A DNA stretch of 64,000 nt from Octopus sinensis (lineage: Eukaryota). Under the pieces are notes generated by a model. That model worked only from the letters and a program-made list of their open reading frames with translations. It was not told where the DNA came from and made no database searches. This document shows positions 12,201-25,049 of the stretch, piece by piece. The translations under genes were made by a program, and so were the position numbers. The first letter of the stretch is position 1; the number at the start of each line of letters is the position of its first letter. Where the stretch lies: positions 1-64,000 of the forward strand of contig NW_021832580.1 of NCBI RefSeq assembly GCF_006345805.1, given 5' to 3'.

Positions 12201-13766
12201 AAAAGACAGAAAATATTGAAGCAGTTACAGTCTACCCACACCCGTGTTTCCCCTGTCACCAGACCTCCACACACAAGATGGAGTACAGGGGCTGTAGGGC
12301 ACTATGTTACGCCATTGTATGTTCGGGCAATTGGTTAGTTCTTTTAATGGTTACTAGTCCTTGTCGACTCCGGATGAAGGGCAAAGTTGAACGTTAAGAT
12401 CCTCACCACCTCAAAAAAATAATAAAATAAAATAAAAACACATAAACGCTAAGATCCCGAAAAAAAACACAAACACAGCGAAACATTTGCTGCGATTTTG
12501 TTTTATATCTACATTTATACATACATACATACATACATACATACATTCAGACAGACAGACAGACAGACATTCATACATAATCCATACATGCGTGCATGCG
12601 TCTATACAAACATGCATGCATACATACATGCATACGTATGTACATGCACGCTACATACAAAGATACATACCCACATATACATATATACATATATATATTA
12701 TATATATATATATATATTATATATATATATATATATATAAATGTAAAAAAATACAAACTGGGACAAGAACGTGAAACATTTAGAAGACGATACAAAAACA
12801 CGGACGGGACATTCGAAGCCTTCAATCTTCAGTCAAGAACCGGATCATTTCGCAATTTCGACTATATATATATGTATGTGTATATGTATATGCATGTGTG
12901 TAGGTATGTATATAGATAAATAGATTGATATACACATGTATATATTTATATATAAATATACAAATATATATATACATATATCTTGCATTTATACCACACA
13001 CAACACACACACACATATATATATTATATATATATATATAATATAGATAGATAGATAATAGATAGTGATAGATAGATAGATAGATAGATAGATAGAATAG
13101 AGAGATAGATTGATAGATAGACAGACACACAAGTGTACATACATGCACATATATGTGTGTGTTGTGTATAGAGAGAGAGAGAGAGAGAGGAAGAGGGGAG
13201 AGAGATGACGAGAGAGTTATATGTATATACATATTATAATGTATTTACATATAATGTATATACATATAATGTGTGTAGGTATACATGTATACCTAAACAC
13301 ACAAAAGAACAAAATATAAAGTAGTTGAATACCTCAAAGTGGACTTACAGAACGACGATGGGAGCATCGTGAGAGCTTCCGAACAATACGCCATTCTTTA
13401 CCCAAGTTCGTCCCTTCACAATCTGAGTTTAGATCCGGCCTCGGTCACTTTCATATTTCATCCCGCTGTGATCGATGGAATATGCACCAATGTAGTAAGC
13501 AGTGCAATCGATTTGATCGACTTATCCTTCTTCCTCCTCCCAGCCGGCCCACAACTATTTCTGGCCTTCGGCCAATCTTATGTGAATCAATATGATATTG
13601 GAGTAAATTTAATATGTTTTTCTTCACCACATATGCCAAACTAAGCTGTACCTCTAGCCTTTAGGCTATTCAGGCATTCCTCTCGGGATATATCAAATAT
13701 GAAGGATCTTTTGTGCTTGTATGTGTGTATATGCGTGTGTGTGTGTTTTAATAAGAGAACCAATAA

Positions 13767-14382
13767 AAGCGGCGAGCTGGCAGAAACGTTAGCACGAAGG
13801 GCGAAATGCTTAGCGGTATTTCGTCTGTCGCTACGTTCTGAGTTCAAATTCCACCGAGGTCGACTTTGCCTTTCATCCCTTTCAGGGTCGGTTAAATAAG
13901 TACCAGTTACGCACTGGAGTCGATGTAATCGACTTAATCCGTTTGTCTGTCCTTGTTTGTCCCCTCTATGTTTAGCCCCTTGTGGGTAGTAAAGAACAGT
14001 ATTTTTCGTCTGCCGCTACGTTCTGAGTTCAAATTCCGCCGAGGTCGACTTTGCCTTTCATCCTTTCAGAGTCGGTTAAATAAGTACCAGTTATGCACTG
14101 GCGTCGATGTAATCGACTTAATCCGTTTGTCTGTCCTTGTTTGTCCCCTCTATGTTTAGCCCCTTCTGGTTGGTAAAGAAATAGGTATTTCGTCTGCCGC
14201 TACGTTCTGAGTTCAAATTCCGCCGAGGTCGACTTTGCCTTTCATCCTTTCAGAGTCGGTTAAATAAGTACCAGTTATGCACTGGCGTCGATGTAATCGA
14301 CTTAATCCGTTTGTCTGTCCTTGTTTGTCCCCTCTATGTTTAGCCCCTTCTGGTTGGTAAAGAAATAGATATTTCGTCTGTC
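13767..14382 (+). mobile_element. SINE family B tandem array (head + 3 units)
   Basis: Units of about 184 bp joined at AAATAG|GTATTTCG; units 2 and 3 share private variants. Confidence 0.9.
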
Positions 14383-15118
14383 TCCGTCTACCAAATCCAC
14401 TTAGAAGGCATTCGTCAACCCTGGACTATAGTAGAAGACACTTGATGAAGGTGCAGTGCAGTGGGATTGAACCTGAAACTACGTGGTTACTAAGTACGCT
14501 TCTTAACTACTTAACAACCCCACAGCCATGCCTGCGTCTATACATGCGTAATAATTAATAAATAAATAAATAAATAAATGAATAAATTCGCGTTTACTCT
14601 TTTCTCTTACTTGTTTCAGTCATTCCACCCTGCGGCCATGCTGGAGCACCGCCTTTAGTCGATCAAATCGCCCCGGGACCTTATTCTTTGTGTAAGCCCT
14701 ACTTAGTTTATCGGTCCCTTTGGTGCCGACCCGAAGTGAGGCGGGGGGACGTAACACCACAGCATCGGTTGTCAAGCAATGCTAGGGGGACAACACAGAC
14801 ACACAAACACACACATACATATAATATATATACACTATACGACGACATGCTTCTTCATTTTTCGTCGTCTACCAAATCCACTCACAAGGCTTTGGTCAGC
14901 CCGACTATAGTATAGAAGACACTTGCCCAAGGTGTCCGCAGTGGGACTGACCCGCAACCATGTGGTTGGTAAGCAAGCTACTTACCACACAGCCACTCCT
15001 GCTGTAAGAAAAGAAAACAAGCGATGAAAGTAATAAGAGCTCGGATTAAATATTAATTGTATTATAGTAAATACTTAAACATTAGAATGAGATTAAATTC
15101 TCATATTTTAAAATATAT

Positions 15119-15718
15119 ATATTTCTTTACTACCCACAAGGGGCTAAACATAGAGGGGACAAACAAGGACAGACAAACGGATTAAGTCGATTACATCGAC
15201 CCCAGTGCGTAACTGGTACTTTATTTACCGACCCCGAAAGGATGAAAGGCAAAGTCGACCTCGGCGGAATTTGAACTCAGAACGTAGCGGCAGACGAAAT
15301 ACCTATTTCTTTACTGCCCACAAGGGGCTAAACACAGAGAGGACAAACAAGGACAGACAAACGGATTAAGTTGATTATATCGACCCCAGTGCGTAACTGG
15401 TACTTAATTTATAGACCCCTAAGGGATGAAAGGCAAAGTCGACCATGGCAGAATTTGAACTCAGAACGTAGCGGCAGGCGAAATACCTATTTCTTTACTA
15501 CCAACAAGGGGCTAAACACAGAGGAGACAAACAAGGACAGACAAACGGATCAAGTCGATTACATCGATCCCAGGGCGTAACTGGTACTTTATTTATCGAC
15601 CCCCGAAAGGATGAAAGGCAAAGTCTACCTCGGCGGAATTTGAACCCAGAACGTAACGACAGACGAAATACAGCTAAGCATTTCGCCCGGCGCGCTAACG
15701 TTTGTCAGCTCGCCGCCT
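15119..15718 (-). mobile_element. SINE family B tandem array (head + 3 units)
   Basis: Reverse complement of the same unit; tail-to-tail with the 13767 array. Confidence 0.9.
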
Positions 15719-16102
15719 CTTCATGTTTTAAAATATATATTTTAAGTAAAAACCAGTATAAATTGTGTGTGTGCGCGCGCGCGTTATGTCTGTGTTTACA
15801 ATGTAAAACCGGATCTTTTAAATTGCTAATATAAGCATCATTCACACATACACTATTCACACACACACACACACACACAGAGAAAGAGTGAGAGAAGGTT
15901 GTGGCGAAAGAGTCAGCAGAAGTTCGCCATTACCTTCTGCCGGAGCTGCATGGAGCTTGGGTGTTTCGCTCATAAACACACACATCGCCCGGTCTGAGAT
16001 TCGAACCCGCGATCCCTCGACCGCGAGTCCGCTGCTCTAACCACTAGACCATGTGCCACCGCCTGGTATCCATGGGCGACTGCTGGTCTTCAATAACTTT
16101 CC

Positions 16103-16635
16103 CGGACACGAAATTTTTATTCCACGAGAATTCCGGACCCAAGTTGTGAACTCATTTGCATATAGCCAATGTGAGCTCTAACAAGTGATGGGCGATAAGA
16201 TAAGGTCCCTTGGGTAAGGAATGACCATTCTTCTTTTCTCTTTTAAGAATGCTTGTTGTTCTTGTCCTTGTTTCAACCATGGCTGCCTCTGCGTAGTTAT
16301 TTGTGTTGTTGTTTACTTTGTAAAACATGAAGGGGTGAGGGTTGCTAACACATCACCCTCTACCCACATTTTCCCCATCAACATCTTTACCATATGGGAC
16401 CCTAACAAAATCCGATAATAGGTACAGATGCAAATCTATCTAATTACTTGTCTCCTTCTAAAATCAGGAATAACTTGGTGATCGGTCGATTTACAACACC
16501 GTTCTTCGTCTTCAGTTTACTTGGTAGAGTGTGTTTGTTAAAGCTGACAACAAGGTCAAGGTGAGCTCTGATTGGCTGTATGCAAATGAGTTAATTACTG
16601 GGGTCCGGAACTCTCGTGGGAAAAAAATTCCGCAG
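16103..16635. mobile_element. Old inverted-repeat element with octamer and CCAAT motifs in both arms
   Basis: Arms 16103-16178 and 16563-16635 are reverse-complementary (TCCACGAGAATTCCGGACCC..CTCATTTGCATATAGCCAAT..GAGCTC). Confidence 0.6.
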
Positions 16636-17396
16636 CCTTAACTTGTGGCACTGAGGGTAACTTTCTGGGTGCAATGCTATGCCCTTTCATGACCTAAGAG
16701 AGTCTTTACCCTATATATATATGTATATACCTGAGTGTATATGTGTATATGATGGAAGAACATGGCCTAGTGGTTAAAGCAGCGGACTCGCGGTCGAGGG
16801 ATTGCGGGTTCGAATCTCAGACCGGGGTCCACATAAAACTATGTTGTTAAGGTTTGTGTGCAATACGAGAAGTATAAGTCAACTGAATCGACTCAACTGG
16901 GTGCTCTTTGTTTTATCGATCTTGGACGAATGAAGAATAAAGCAGATCTGGGTGGGAATCGAACGTAGAACGCAAATTATTGTAGCTAAATTTTGACTGG
17001 CATTCTGTCTAACACTCTACTAAACTTGGTCCTGTAGTTATTAGATGCCAAACACGCGACCCATTGGCTGCATGCAGCACTTTTCAAACACAAGTGCGGC
17101 CGACGAGTGGCGTTGTTAGAGGTTAGAAAATGAGGAATCCAAAAAGTTTTTAAACATAAAAATAATTAATACTAATTTAATTTTCAAAAATAGAATTATT
17201 GATGAGCAAACAAAATGTTTTCTACTTATTAATAAAAAAAGCTGATATGGCGGAAATCTTTGTTGTAAACGCGTGTTTAAAACTACGCGGAACCCACGAA
17301 GTGTATTTGAGCAATGCGACCCATAAAGACTCTGCAGCTTGAGATACAGTGTAATACGCATATTCTGGTGATTTCTTGTCTTAGAATCCTCGTATC

Positions 17397-17799
17397 TTTT
17401 CGGTTTGAACGGCAGTTTTTAAAAATAATTTCCACGTAACTAATAAATTTTAAACTTCGTATACTGGTAGAATGTGTTTATAAAACATCTTTATTGAGAA
17501 AATTCTATCGTTTGTAAGATATTTGTTGTTTTTTTTCGTCAATTTCTGCAATTTCAACCAATCAATGACGTCTATTGAGGCGAAAACATTATCTGCCGTA
17601 TGCAAATGTCCCTTGTTTATGAAACAGATTGGGTTTATTTACATTTCTGAAGAAAAAAGATACCCTTCTCCCCACCCCTAACCCTAACTAACCCTAACCC
17701 TAAAAGAGATTGAAATGCAATAGATCGATACTAGGGTCATAATTATGGGTGACAATTTCATATGACACCGCTAGAAAAAACTGCCGTTCAAACCGAAAA
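17397..17799. mobile_element. MITE with 24-bp TIRs and internal telomere-like repeats
   Basis: TTTTCGGTTTGAACGGCAGTTTTT / AAAAACTGCCGTTCAAACCGAAAA; (CCCTAA)n at about 17676-17702. Confidence 0.85.
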
Positions 17800-18174
17800 A
17801 TATCCGAATCCTCATCAACCAACAAAATTTAATATTCCTCCTAAGTTATTAAACATGATCATTCTCCGACAGAAATAATGTATAATACGCTGAAATTACA
17901 ACGTATGTATAATTATTACACTTTTCTGAAAATCTGCCAATCATTCGCTTTTAATAGATGCACTTGTTTACGTGTGATATGCTATCAGGTTTTTAGTCAG
18001 TTACAGGTGAAGCGACTACAGAAGGGAAGCAATGGCCGACACTTTATCGTCTGCTTCAGTGAATATTCAGTGGTTAATATCAAAGCATAACGGAGCCTCT
18101 GCAGTAAATACGAATAGAGAGAAAGAGAGATGGCTGGACACACATGCACATACATACATACATACATACATACA

Positions 18175-18208
<34 letters not shown>

Positions 18209-18988
18209 CACACACATATCCATATATACAGAGACAAACGTGCAATATTTATAATACATATACACAAACACGCATGGTGATAAGCTTGCATATGTGCAAA
18301 TGTGTGTTTGTGTATGTATATGTACTTGCATGTGTGTGTGTTGTGTGTGTGTGTGTGTGTGTGTTGTACGTGCGTGTTTGTGTCTGTGAGTATGTACGTG
18401 AACATGTATGTATGTGTGTGTTGATGGTGGGGGGGTCATGAACGAACGTTTTCCGTTAGAACCACGCACGATCTATCTCTACTAAATTGAACATATATAT
18501 CACTTATATATCAATTTTCTAAGACAGCGAGCTGGCAGAATCATTAGCACGCCGAAAAAAATGCTTTGCGATATTTCGTCTGCCGTTACGTTCTGAGTTC
18601 AAATTCCGCCGAGGTCGACTTTGCCTTTCATCCTTGCGGGGTCGATAAATTAAGTACCAGTTACACACTGAGGTCGATGTAATCGACTTAATCCGTTTGT
18701 CTGTCCTTGCTTGTCCTCTCTGTGTTTAGCCCCTTGTGGGTAGTAAAGAAATAGGTATTTCGTTCGTCTATATATTGTAAATTCAAATTCCGCCGAGATC
18801 AACTTTGTCTTTCAGAGTCGCTAAAATAAATACCAGTTGAGCTCTGGGGTCGTTGTAATCGATTTACCATTTCTCCAAAATTGCTGGCCTTGCGCCAAGA
18901 GTTGACACCAATTATATATCAATTTGACATCAAGAATTATTGGTGTAAGGCTGTCGTGAATGAGAACCGAGGTTCGAAATTCCCCCAA

Positions 18989-19034
18989 GATACCTGATGA
19001 AGGCTGGAGGGTATATCAACCGAAACGTTGTGTT
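18989..19034 (+). ncRNA. Minimal type-I hammerhead motif in a PLE-type terminal repeat (about 18955-19115)
   Basis: gauac CUGAUGA a ggcug-N10-caacc GAAA cg UU guguu; one stem-II mismatch. Decayed copies at 6285-6327 (-) and about 48004-48050 (-). Confidence 0.65.
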
Positions 19035-19804
19035 AACAACAAACAAGATAAGGACAAATATCCGTCAAATGTAAATAATGTACATAATTCCTCATCTCTT
19101 AAATGTAGAACTGTAGAACAAAACGTACAGGATAACACTTCCAAGCATAGGCAGCAAGTGGACAGAATCGTAAACGTGGCCTTGTGCCTATAATAAGAAT
19201 AGTTATTGGCTTCAAATTTTGGCAAATGGCCGGCAATTTTAGGGGCGGGGGCTAAGTCGATAACATCGACCCCAGTACACAACTGGTATTTATTTTATCG
19301 ACACCGAAATGGATGAAAAGCAAAGTCGACCTCGGTGGAATTTGAACACAAAACGTGACGGACGAAACGTCGCAAAGGATTTTGCCCGGCATGCTAACGT
19401 TTCTGCCAGCTCACCGCCTTAACGCATAACTAATAATGGTTCTAAATTTTGGCGCAAAGCCAGCAATTTCGAGGTGAGGGGGGAATCGATTACACTGATC
19501 CCAGTGCACAGCTGGTGCTTATTTTATCGATATCGAAATGATGAAGGGCGAAGTCGACCTCGGCGAACCTCACTAACTAAAAATAATTTTATACCAAAAT
19601 AGGCGTAGGAGTGGCTGTGTGGTAAGTAGCTTGCTTGCCAATCACATGGTTCCGGGTCCAGTCCTACTGCGTTGCACCTTGGGCAAGTGTCTTCTACTAG
19701 AGCCTTGGACCGACCAAAGCCTTGTGAGTGGATTTGGTGGATGGAAACTGAAAGAATCCCGTCATGTATATATATATATATATGTTTGTGTGTGTGTGTG
19801 TGTA

Positions 19805-19844
<40 letters not shown>

Positions 19845-20048
19845 CTTGTGTGTCTGTGTTTGTCCCCCCACCATCGTTTGACAACCGGTGCTGGTGTATT
19901 TACGTCCTCGTGACTTGGCGGTTCGGCAAAAGAGACCGATAGAATAAGTACTAGACTTACAAAGAATAAGTCCTGGGGCGATTTGCTCGACTAGAGGCGG
20001 TGCTCCAGCATGGCCGCAATCAAATGACTGAAACAAATAACAGAAAAG

Positions 20049-20132
<84 letters not shown>

Positions 20133-20289
20133 GAGAGAGAGAAAGTTATTTTATTCCACAGGGGTATAAATATAGAAAAGAGAAGTTGAAAATGCACTTG
20201 GATTCGTTTAGATTTTTAAATTTGTAAAGACTTTACCGGTTTCAAAGATTTCTCTGATGTTCACAATTTGAGATAGAAAGACGTGGACA

Positions 20290-20415
20290 TACTGACATAT
20301 GTGCAAAATATAAGGTTCCAAAATTCCAAGCCTTTCCACTTTGCCTTTGTTCAGTCAATACTACAGACGAAGCACAGATGAACGAAGAAAATATATTCAT
20401 AAAATATATAAACCA
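20290..20415 (+). pseudogene. PLE GIY-YIG endonuclease C-terminal fragment (decayed)
   Basis: Translates approximately GHTDICAKYKVPKFQAFPLCL...TDEAQMNEENIFIK, resembling the PLE endonuclease tail (ExxFI). Confidence 0.4.
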
Positions 20416-20999
20416 GGAGGCGCAGGAGTGGCTGTGTGGTAAGTAGCTTGCTTACCAACCACTTGATCATGGGTTCAGTCCACTGCGTGGAATCTTGGGC
20501 AAGTGTCTTCTACTATAGCCTCGGGCCGCCAATGCCTTGTGAGTGGATTTGGTAGACGAAAACTGAAAGAAGCCTGTCGTATATATGTATATATATATAT
20601 ATGTGTGTGTGGTGTGTGTGGTGTGTGTGTGTGTGTGGTGTGTATCATTGTGTGTCTGTGTTTGTCCCGCCAACATCGGTTGACAACCGAATGCTGGTGT
20701 GTTTACGTCCCCGTAACTTAGCGGTTCGACAAAAGAGACCGATAGAATAAGTACTGGTCTTACAAAGAATAAGTGCTAGGTCGATTTGCTCGACTAGAGG
20801 CGGTGCTCCAGCATGGCCGCAGTCAAATGACTGAAACAAGTAAAAGAGTAAACCGAGACTGTATACACTTCAATAAACTCCATTCACCAAGAACTATTCG
20901 CACACAGACTCATTCTGCTGCTTGACATGTCGAATTTTCACAGCTAACACCTGAACGTTGGAGACAATCACAACTTAGAAGAGAATCAAATTTGATGCC

Positions 21000-21995
21000 T
21001 CTTTTCTCTTATTTTTTCTCTTTTCACTTGTTTCAGTCATTTGACTGCGGCCATGCTGGAGCACCGCCTTTTAATTGAGCAACTCGACCCCGGGACTTAT
21101 TCTTTGTAAGCCCAGTACTTATTCTATCCGCCTCTTTTGCCGAACCGCTAGATTTCGGGGACGTAAACACCACCAGCATCAGTTGTCAAGCAATGCTAGG
21201 GGGACAAACACAGACACACAAACACACATACATACATCTTTCAGTTTCCGTCTACAAAATCCACTCACAAGGCATTGGTCGGCCCGGCGCTATAGTAGAA
21301 GACACTTGCCCAAGGTGCCACGCAGTGGGACTGAACCCAGAACCATGTGGTTGGTTAGCAAGCTACTTACCACACAGCTACTCCTGCGTACAAGGCGTAG
21401 GAGTGGCTGTGTGGTAAGTAGCTTGCTTACCACCACATGGTTCCGGGTTCAGTCCCACTGCGTGGCACCTTAGGCAAGTGTCTTCTACTATAGCCTCGGG
21501 CCGACCAAGGCCTTGTGAGTGGAAACTGAAAGAAGCCCGTCGTATATATGTATATGTATATATATATATATGTGTGTGTTTGTGCCCCCAACATCGCTTT
21601 ACAACAGATGCTGGGTGTGTTTACGTCCCTGTAACTTAGCGGTTCGGCAAACCTCATGGTTCCGGGTTCAGTCCCACTGCGTGACACCTTGGGCACGTGT
21701 CTTCTACTATAGTCTCGGGCCGACCAAAGCCTTGTGAATGGAAACTGAAAGAAGCCCGTCGTATAAATGTATATGTGTGTATATATATATATATGTGTGT
21801 GTGTATGTGTGTCTGTGTTAGTGCCCCCAACATCGCTTGATAACAGATGCTGGGTGTGTTTACGTCCTCGTAACTTAGCGGTTCGGCAAAAGAGAACGAT
21901 AGAATAAGTACTAGGCTTACAAAGCATGAGTCCTGGGGTCGATTTGCTCGACTAAAGGCGGTGCCCCAGCATGGTTGCAGTCAAATGAGTGAAAA
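21000..21995. mobile_element. Head-to-head pair of SINE A copies; right copy internally duplicated
   Basis: Minus copy ends CTCCTGCGT at 21389; plus copy starts GCGTAGGAG at 21395; body repeated at about 21652-21995. Confidence 0.85.
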
Positions 21996-22029
21996 ATTAA
22001 AAGGAGATTAAAGAGGTGCAGACTATCTA

Positions 22030-22330
22030 TTCAACCACCGGGCTTCATAAACACAATTCCTGTCGACTCTACCACTTGACAGATTAAATTTAGAGAGCTT
22101 TGATTGTTTGTGACTGTCACTAGACGTGTTCATTCAACCGTGTCAGCCTTAAATTTTCGGTGCAAAAAGAATAGTCACATGATGTTAACACACGGATATG
22201 GTGATGAACCGACAAAAGTTTCTGTGGCTAATCACGTGATCATCCCTACCACACTTGAAAGATTAAAATCAGACAACTTTGATTGTTAGGAGTGTCACTA
22301 GATATGTTCATTCAACCGTGACGGCTTTGA
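22030..22330. repeat. Decayed tandem repeat, period about 178 bp
   Basis: CTACCAC..TTGA.AGATTAAA..TTTGATTGTT..GTCACTAGA..GTTCATTCAACCGTG occurs near 22070 and 22246. Confidence 0.6.
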
Positions 22331-22614
22331 TTTATAGCGCCAATAAAGAACGGATGTAACGGGAATCTTACAAAGATTTCTAAATCTAATCATGTGATCA
22401 TTCTCGGCCAATCAAATCGTATCCAAAACAGATACTAATGTGAAGAAACAAGAGAATTTTTGAGCTCCAAAGAGCAACAAGATATCTTTTAATACCATCT
22501 TTTGAAAATCAGAGCAGAGAAGTCTGTGAAACCGGTTAAGTATTTAAAAATCTAAAAATAGAAAATTTAATACCAGTGCATTTTCAACACTCACACACAT
22601 ATACATACATGAAG

Positions 22615-22850
22615 AAACACGTGGCTAGTAGTTAGGGCTGTTGCACTCGTGATCGTAAGATGGTAGTTTCGACTCCTGTATCGGGCGCTGCCTTGCGTTG
22701 TATCCTTGAGCAAGACACTTCATTTTTCTTTGCTCCATTTCACTCAGCTGACAAAAACGAGTAATTTTGTGATGGACTGGTGTCCCGTCCAGGTGGGGAA
22801 TATAAAAGCCACACGATCAGGGAAACGGGCCTTATGAAACTATGACCCGA
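22615..22850 (+). mobile_element. Old tRNA-derived SINE with V-domain-like core
   Basis: tRNA-like head, then TTGTATCCTTGAGCAAGACACTT...CACTCAGCTG and a 3' part shared with family D. Confidence 0.55.
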
Positions 22851-23217
22851 ACTACGTTAAGGGCAGACGTGTCTGTGGAGTACTCAACCACTTACACGTT
22901 AATTTCACGAGCAGGCTGTCCCGTTAATCCTATCAACTGTAACACGTGGAACACTCGTCGCAACCGACGGAGTACCATTCGTTCTTCTTGTTCCTATGTG
23001 TCATACTCTTTACTCTCTGTTACTCTTTTACTTGTTTCAGTCATTTAACTGTGGCCATGCTGGAGCACCGCCTTTGGTCGAGCAAATCGACCCCAGGACT
23101 TATTCTTTGTAAGCCCATTACTTATTATTTTGCCGAACCGCTAAGTTACGGGGACGTAAACACACCAGCATCGGTTGTCAAGCGATGTTGGGGGGACAAA
23201 CACAAACGCACAAAGAT

Positions 23218-23248
<31 letters not shown>

Positions 23249-24044
23249 CACGACGGGCTTCTTTCAGTTTCCGTCTACCAAATCCACTCACAAGGCTTTG
23301 GTCGGCCCAAGGCTATAGCAGAAGACACATGCCCAAGGTGCCACGCAGTGGGACTGAACCCGAAACCATGTGGTTGGTAAGCAAGCTACTTACCACACAG
23401 CCACTCCTGCGCCTGTCATGTGGACGATCAATGATTTACGTAGAGTGTGTAGGAATTACCAAAAGAGCATTCTAGAAGCAATATTTTTCTCGTAGATATG
23501 AAGCTAATTCACGCTCGTTGTCTTGTACTTCTGCTAAGAAATAGGTTTCTGTTAATGCATTCATGAGAGTATGTTTGTGTGTTGGCTAAAAGCTTTTACG
23601 AAGAAAATCTTGTTTCGATTAATTTCATTCAAAATTGCTCAGACACTCCAAAGGATTTACGAAATGGTATTTGTGCGTGTGTGGTGCAAGTTATGATCTA
23701 AACTGCCGTGGGCTATAAAGCAGAGTTTGTGTTTATTTCCGCAAACGGGATTTCACATGATGTCTGCGGGACTTTTGTCATTACCTTCTGTCGGACCCGC
23801 GTTCTACTAAAGACACAAGGCCAAATTTGTGGGAGGGAGATAGTCGATTACATTAACCCCAGTATTCAACTGGTACTTATTTCATCGACCCTGAAAGGAT
23901 AAAAGGCAAAGTCAGCCACGGCGAAATTTGAACTCTGAACCTGAAGCGGAAGAAATGCCGTTTAGCATTTTGCTCGGCGTGTTAGCGATTCAGCCAGCTC
24001 GCCGCCTACAGGGCTTTTTGTATAATACATAAGGTTTGCGTTTG

Positions 24045-24357
24045 TTGTTTGTGGTTTGTTCCTTCTCGAGCCATGCTTGGCTCATAGGGGCCGGTTTCTC
24101 CGGTTTCCTTGGCGTATAGGTTCCCCACCTGGACGGGACGCCGGTCCGTCGCAGGTGAGCTGCAAGATGCAGGAGGAAAGAGTGAGAGAAAGTTGTGGCG
24201 AAAGAGCCAGCAGAAGTTTCACCATTACCTTCTGCCGGACCCGCGTGGAGTTTAGGTGTTTCGCTCATAAACACACACATCGCCCGGTCTGAGATTCGAA
24301 CCCGCGATCCCTCGACCGCGAATCAGCTGCTCTAACCATTAGGCCATGTGCCTCCAC
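24045..24357 (-). mobile_element. SINE family D, full length
   Basis: Head GTGGAGGCACATGGCCTAATGGTTAGAGC..GGTTCGAATCTC on the minus strand, AAC-type tail; related variant at about 24545-24830. Confidence 0.85.
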
Positions 24358-24939
24358 ATAAGGTTTATCTAGTGATTCTAAAAAGGATGCTGTTTATAAT
24401 ATTTGCTGTTTTGTCAGAGCCTATGATTAAGAGAAAGTTTCAGTGTCTTAAACTTAATTATTTATGACATGTATTTACGACAATTACACACACACACACA
24501 CACACACGCGCATAGATGTGTGCGTGTATCTGTATAAGCATATTACTGTGATCACTGTGACCGACCAGGCTATCAGATGTTGCTACACATCGCTGGTCAC
24601 AATGCGCTTCGCATTGTTTTAGCCTTCAAATGACGCCACCCCGCTGGCTAAGCGAGCTGGCCAACAGAAGAAAGAACGAGAGAAAGTTGTGGCGAAAGAG
24701 TACAGCAGGGATCGCCACAACCCCCTGCCGGAGCCTCGTGGAGCTTTAGGTGTTTTTGCTCAATAAACACTCACAACGCCTGGTCTGGGAATCGAAACCG
24801 CGATCCTACGACCTCGAGTCCGCTGCGCCTCCGTATAAGCATATATGTATGTATATAGTTTTCTGTAGCTTCTGTAATTGGTAAGTAGATAAACAGATTG
24901 TCTTCTTGTTTCTCTGGGATAAAGTCAAATTGATGTAGA

Positions 24940-24984
24940 CACCTCTGATGAGACTCGAAAAAGATTCGAAAATCGATTAAGGTG
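24940..24984 (+). ncRNA. Minimal type-I hammerhead motif
   Basis: caccu CUGAUGA gacuc-gaaaaa-gauuc GAAA aucgau UA aggug: 5-bp stem I, palindromic stem III, one stem-II mismatch. Confidence 0.65.
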
Positions 24985-25049
24985 GTTCATCGCTTTATCA
25001 ATCTGCGGAGAAATAGCTAAATTAGCTTTTGTGTGTGTGTACTCTTTCC

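Noticed and set aside
17676-17702. Interstitial telomere or chromosome-fusion site
   Set aside because: Only a few hexamers, located inside a TIR-bounded element.
19985-20040. SINE A 3' end as an HDV-like, twister or pistol ribozyme
   Set aside because: Could not build the required P1/P3/P1.1 or other pseudoknot pairings by eye; kept only as a structured 3' module.
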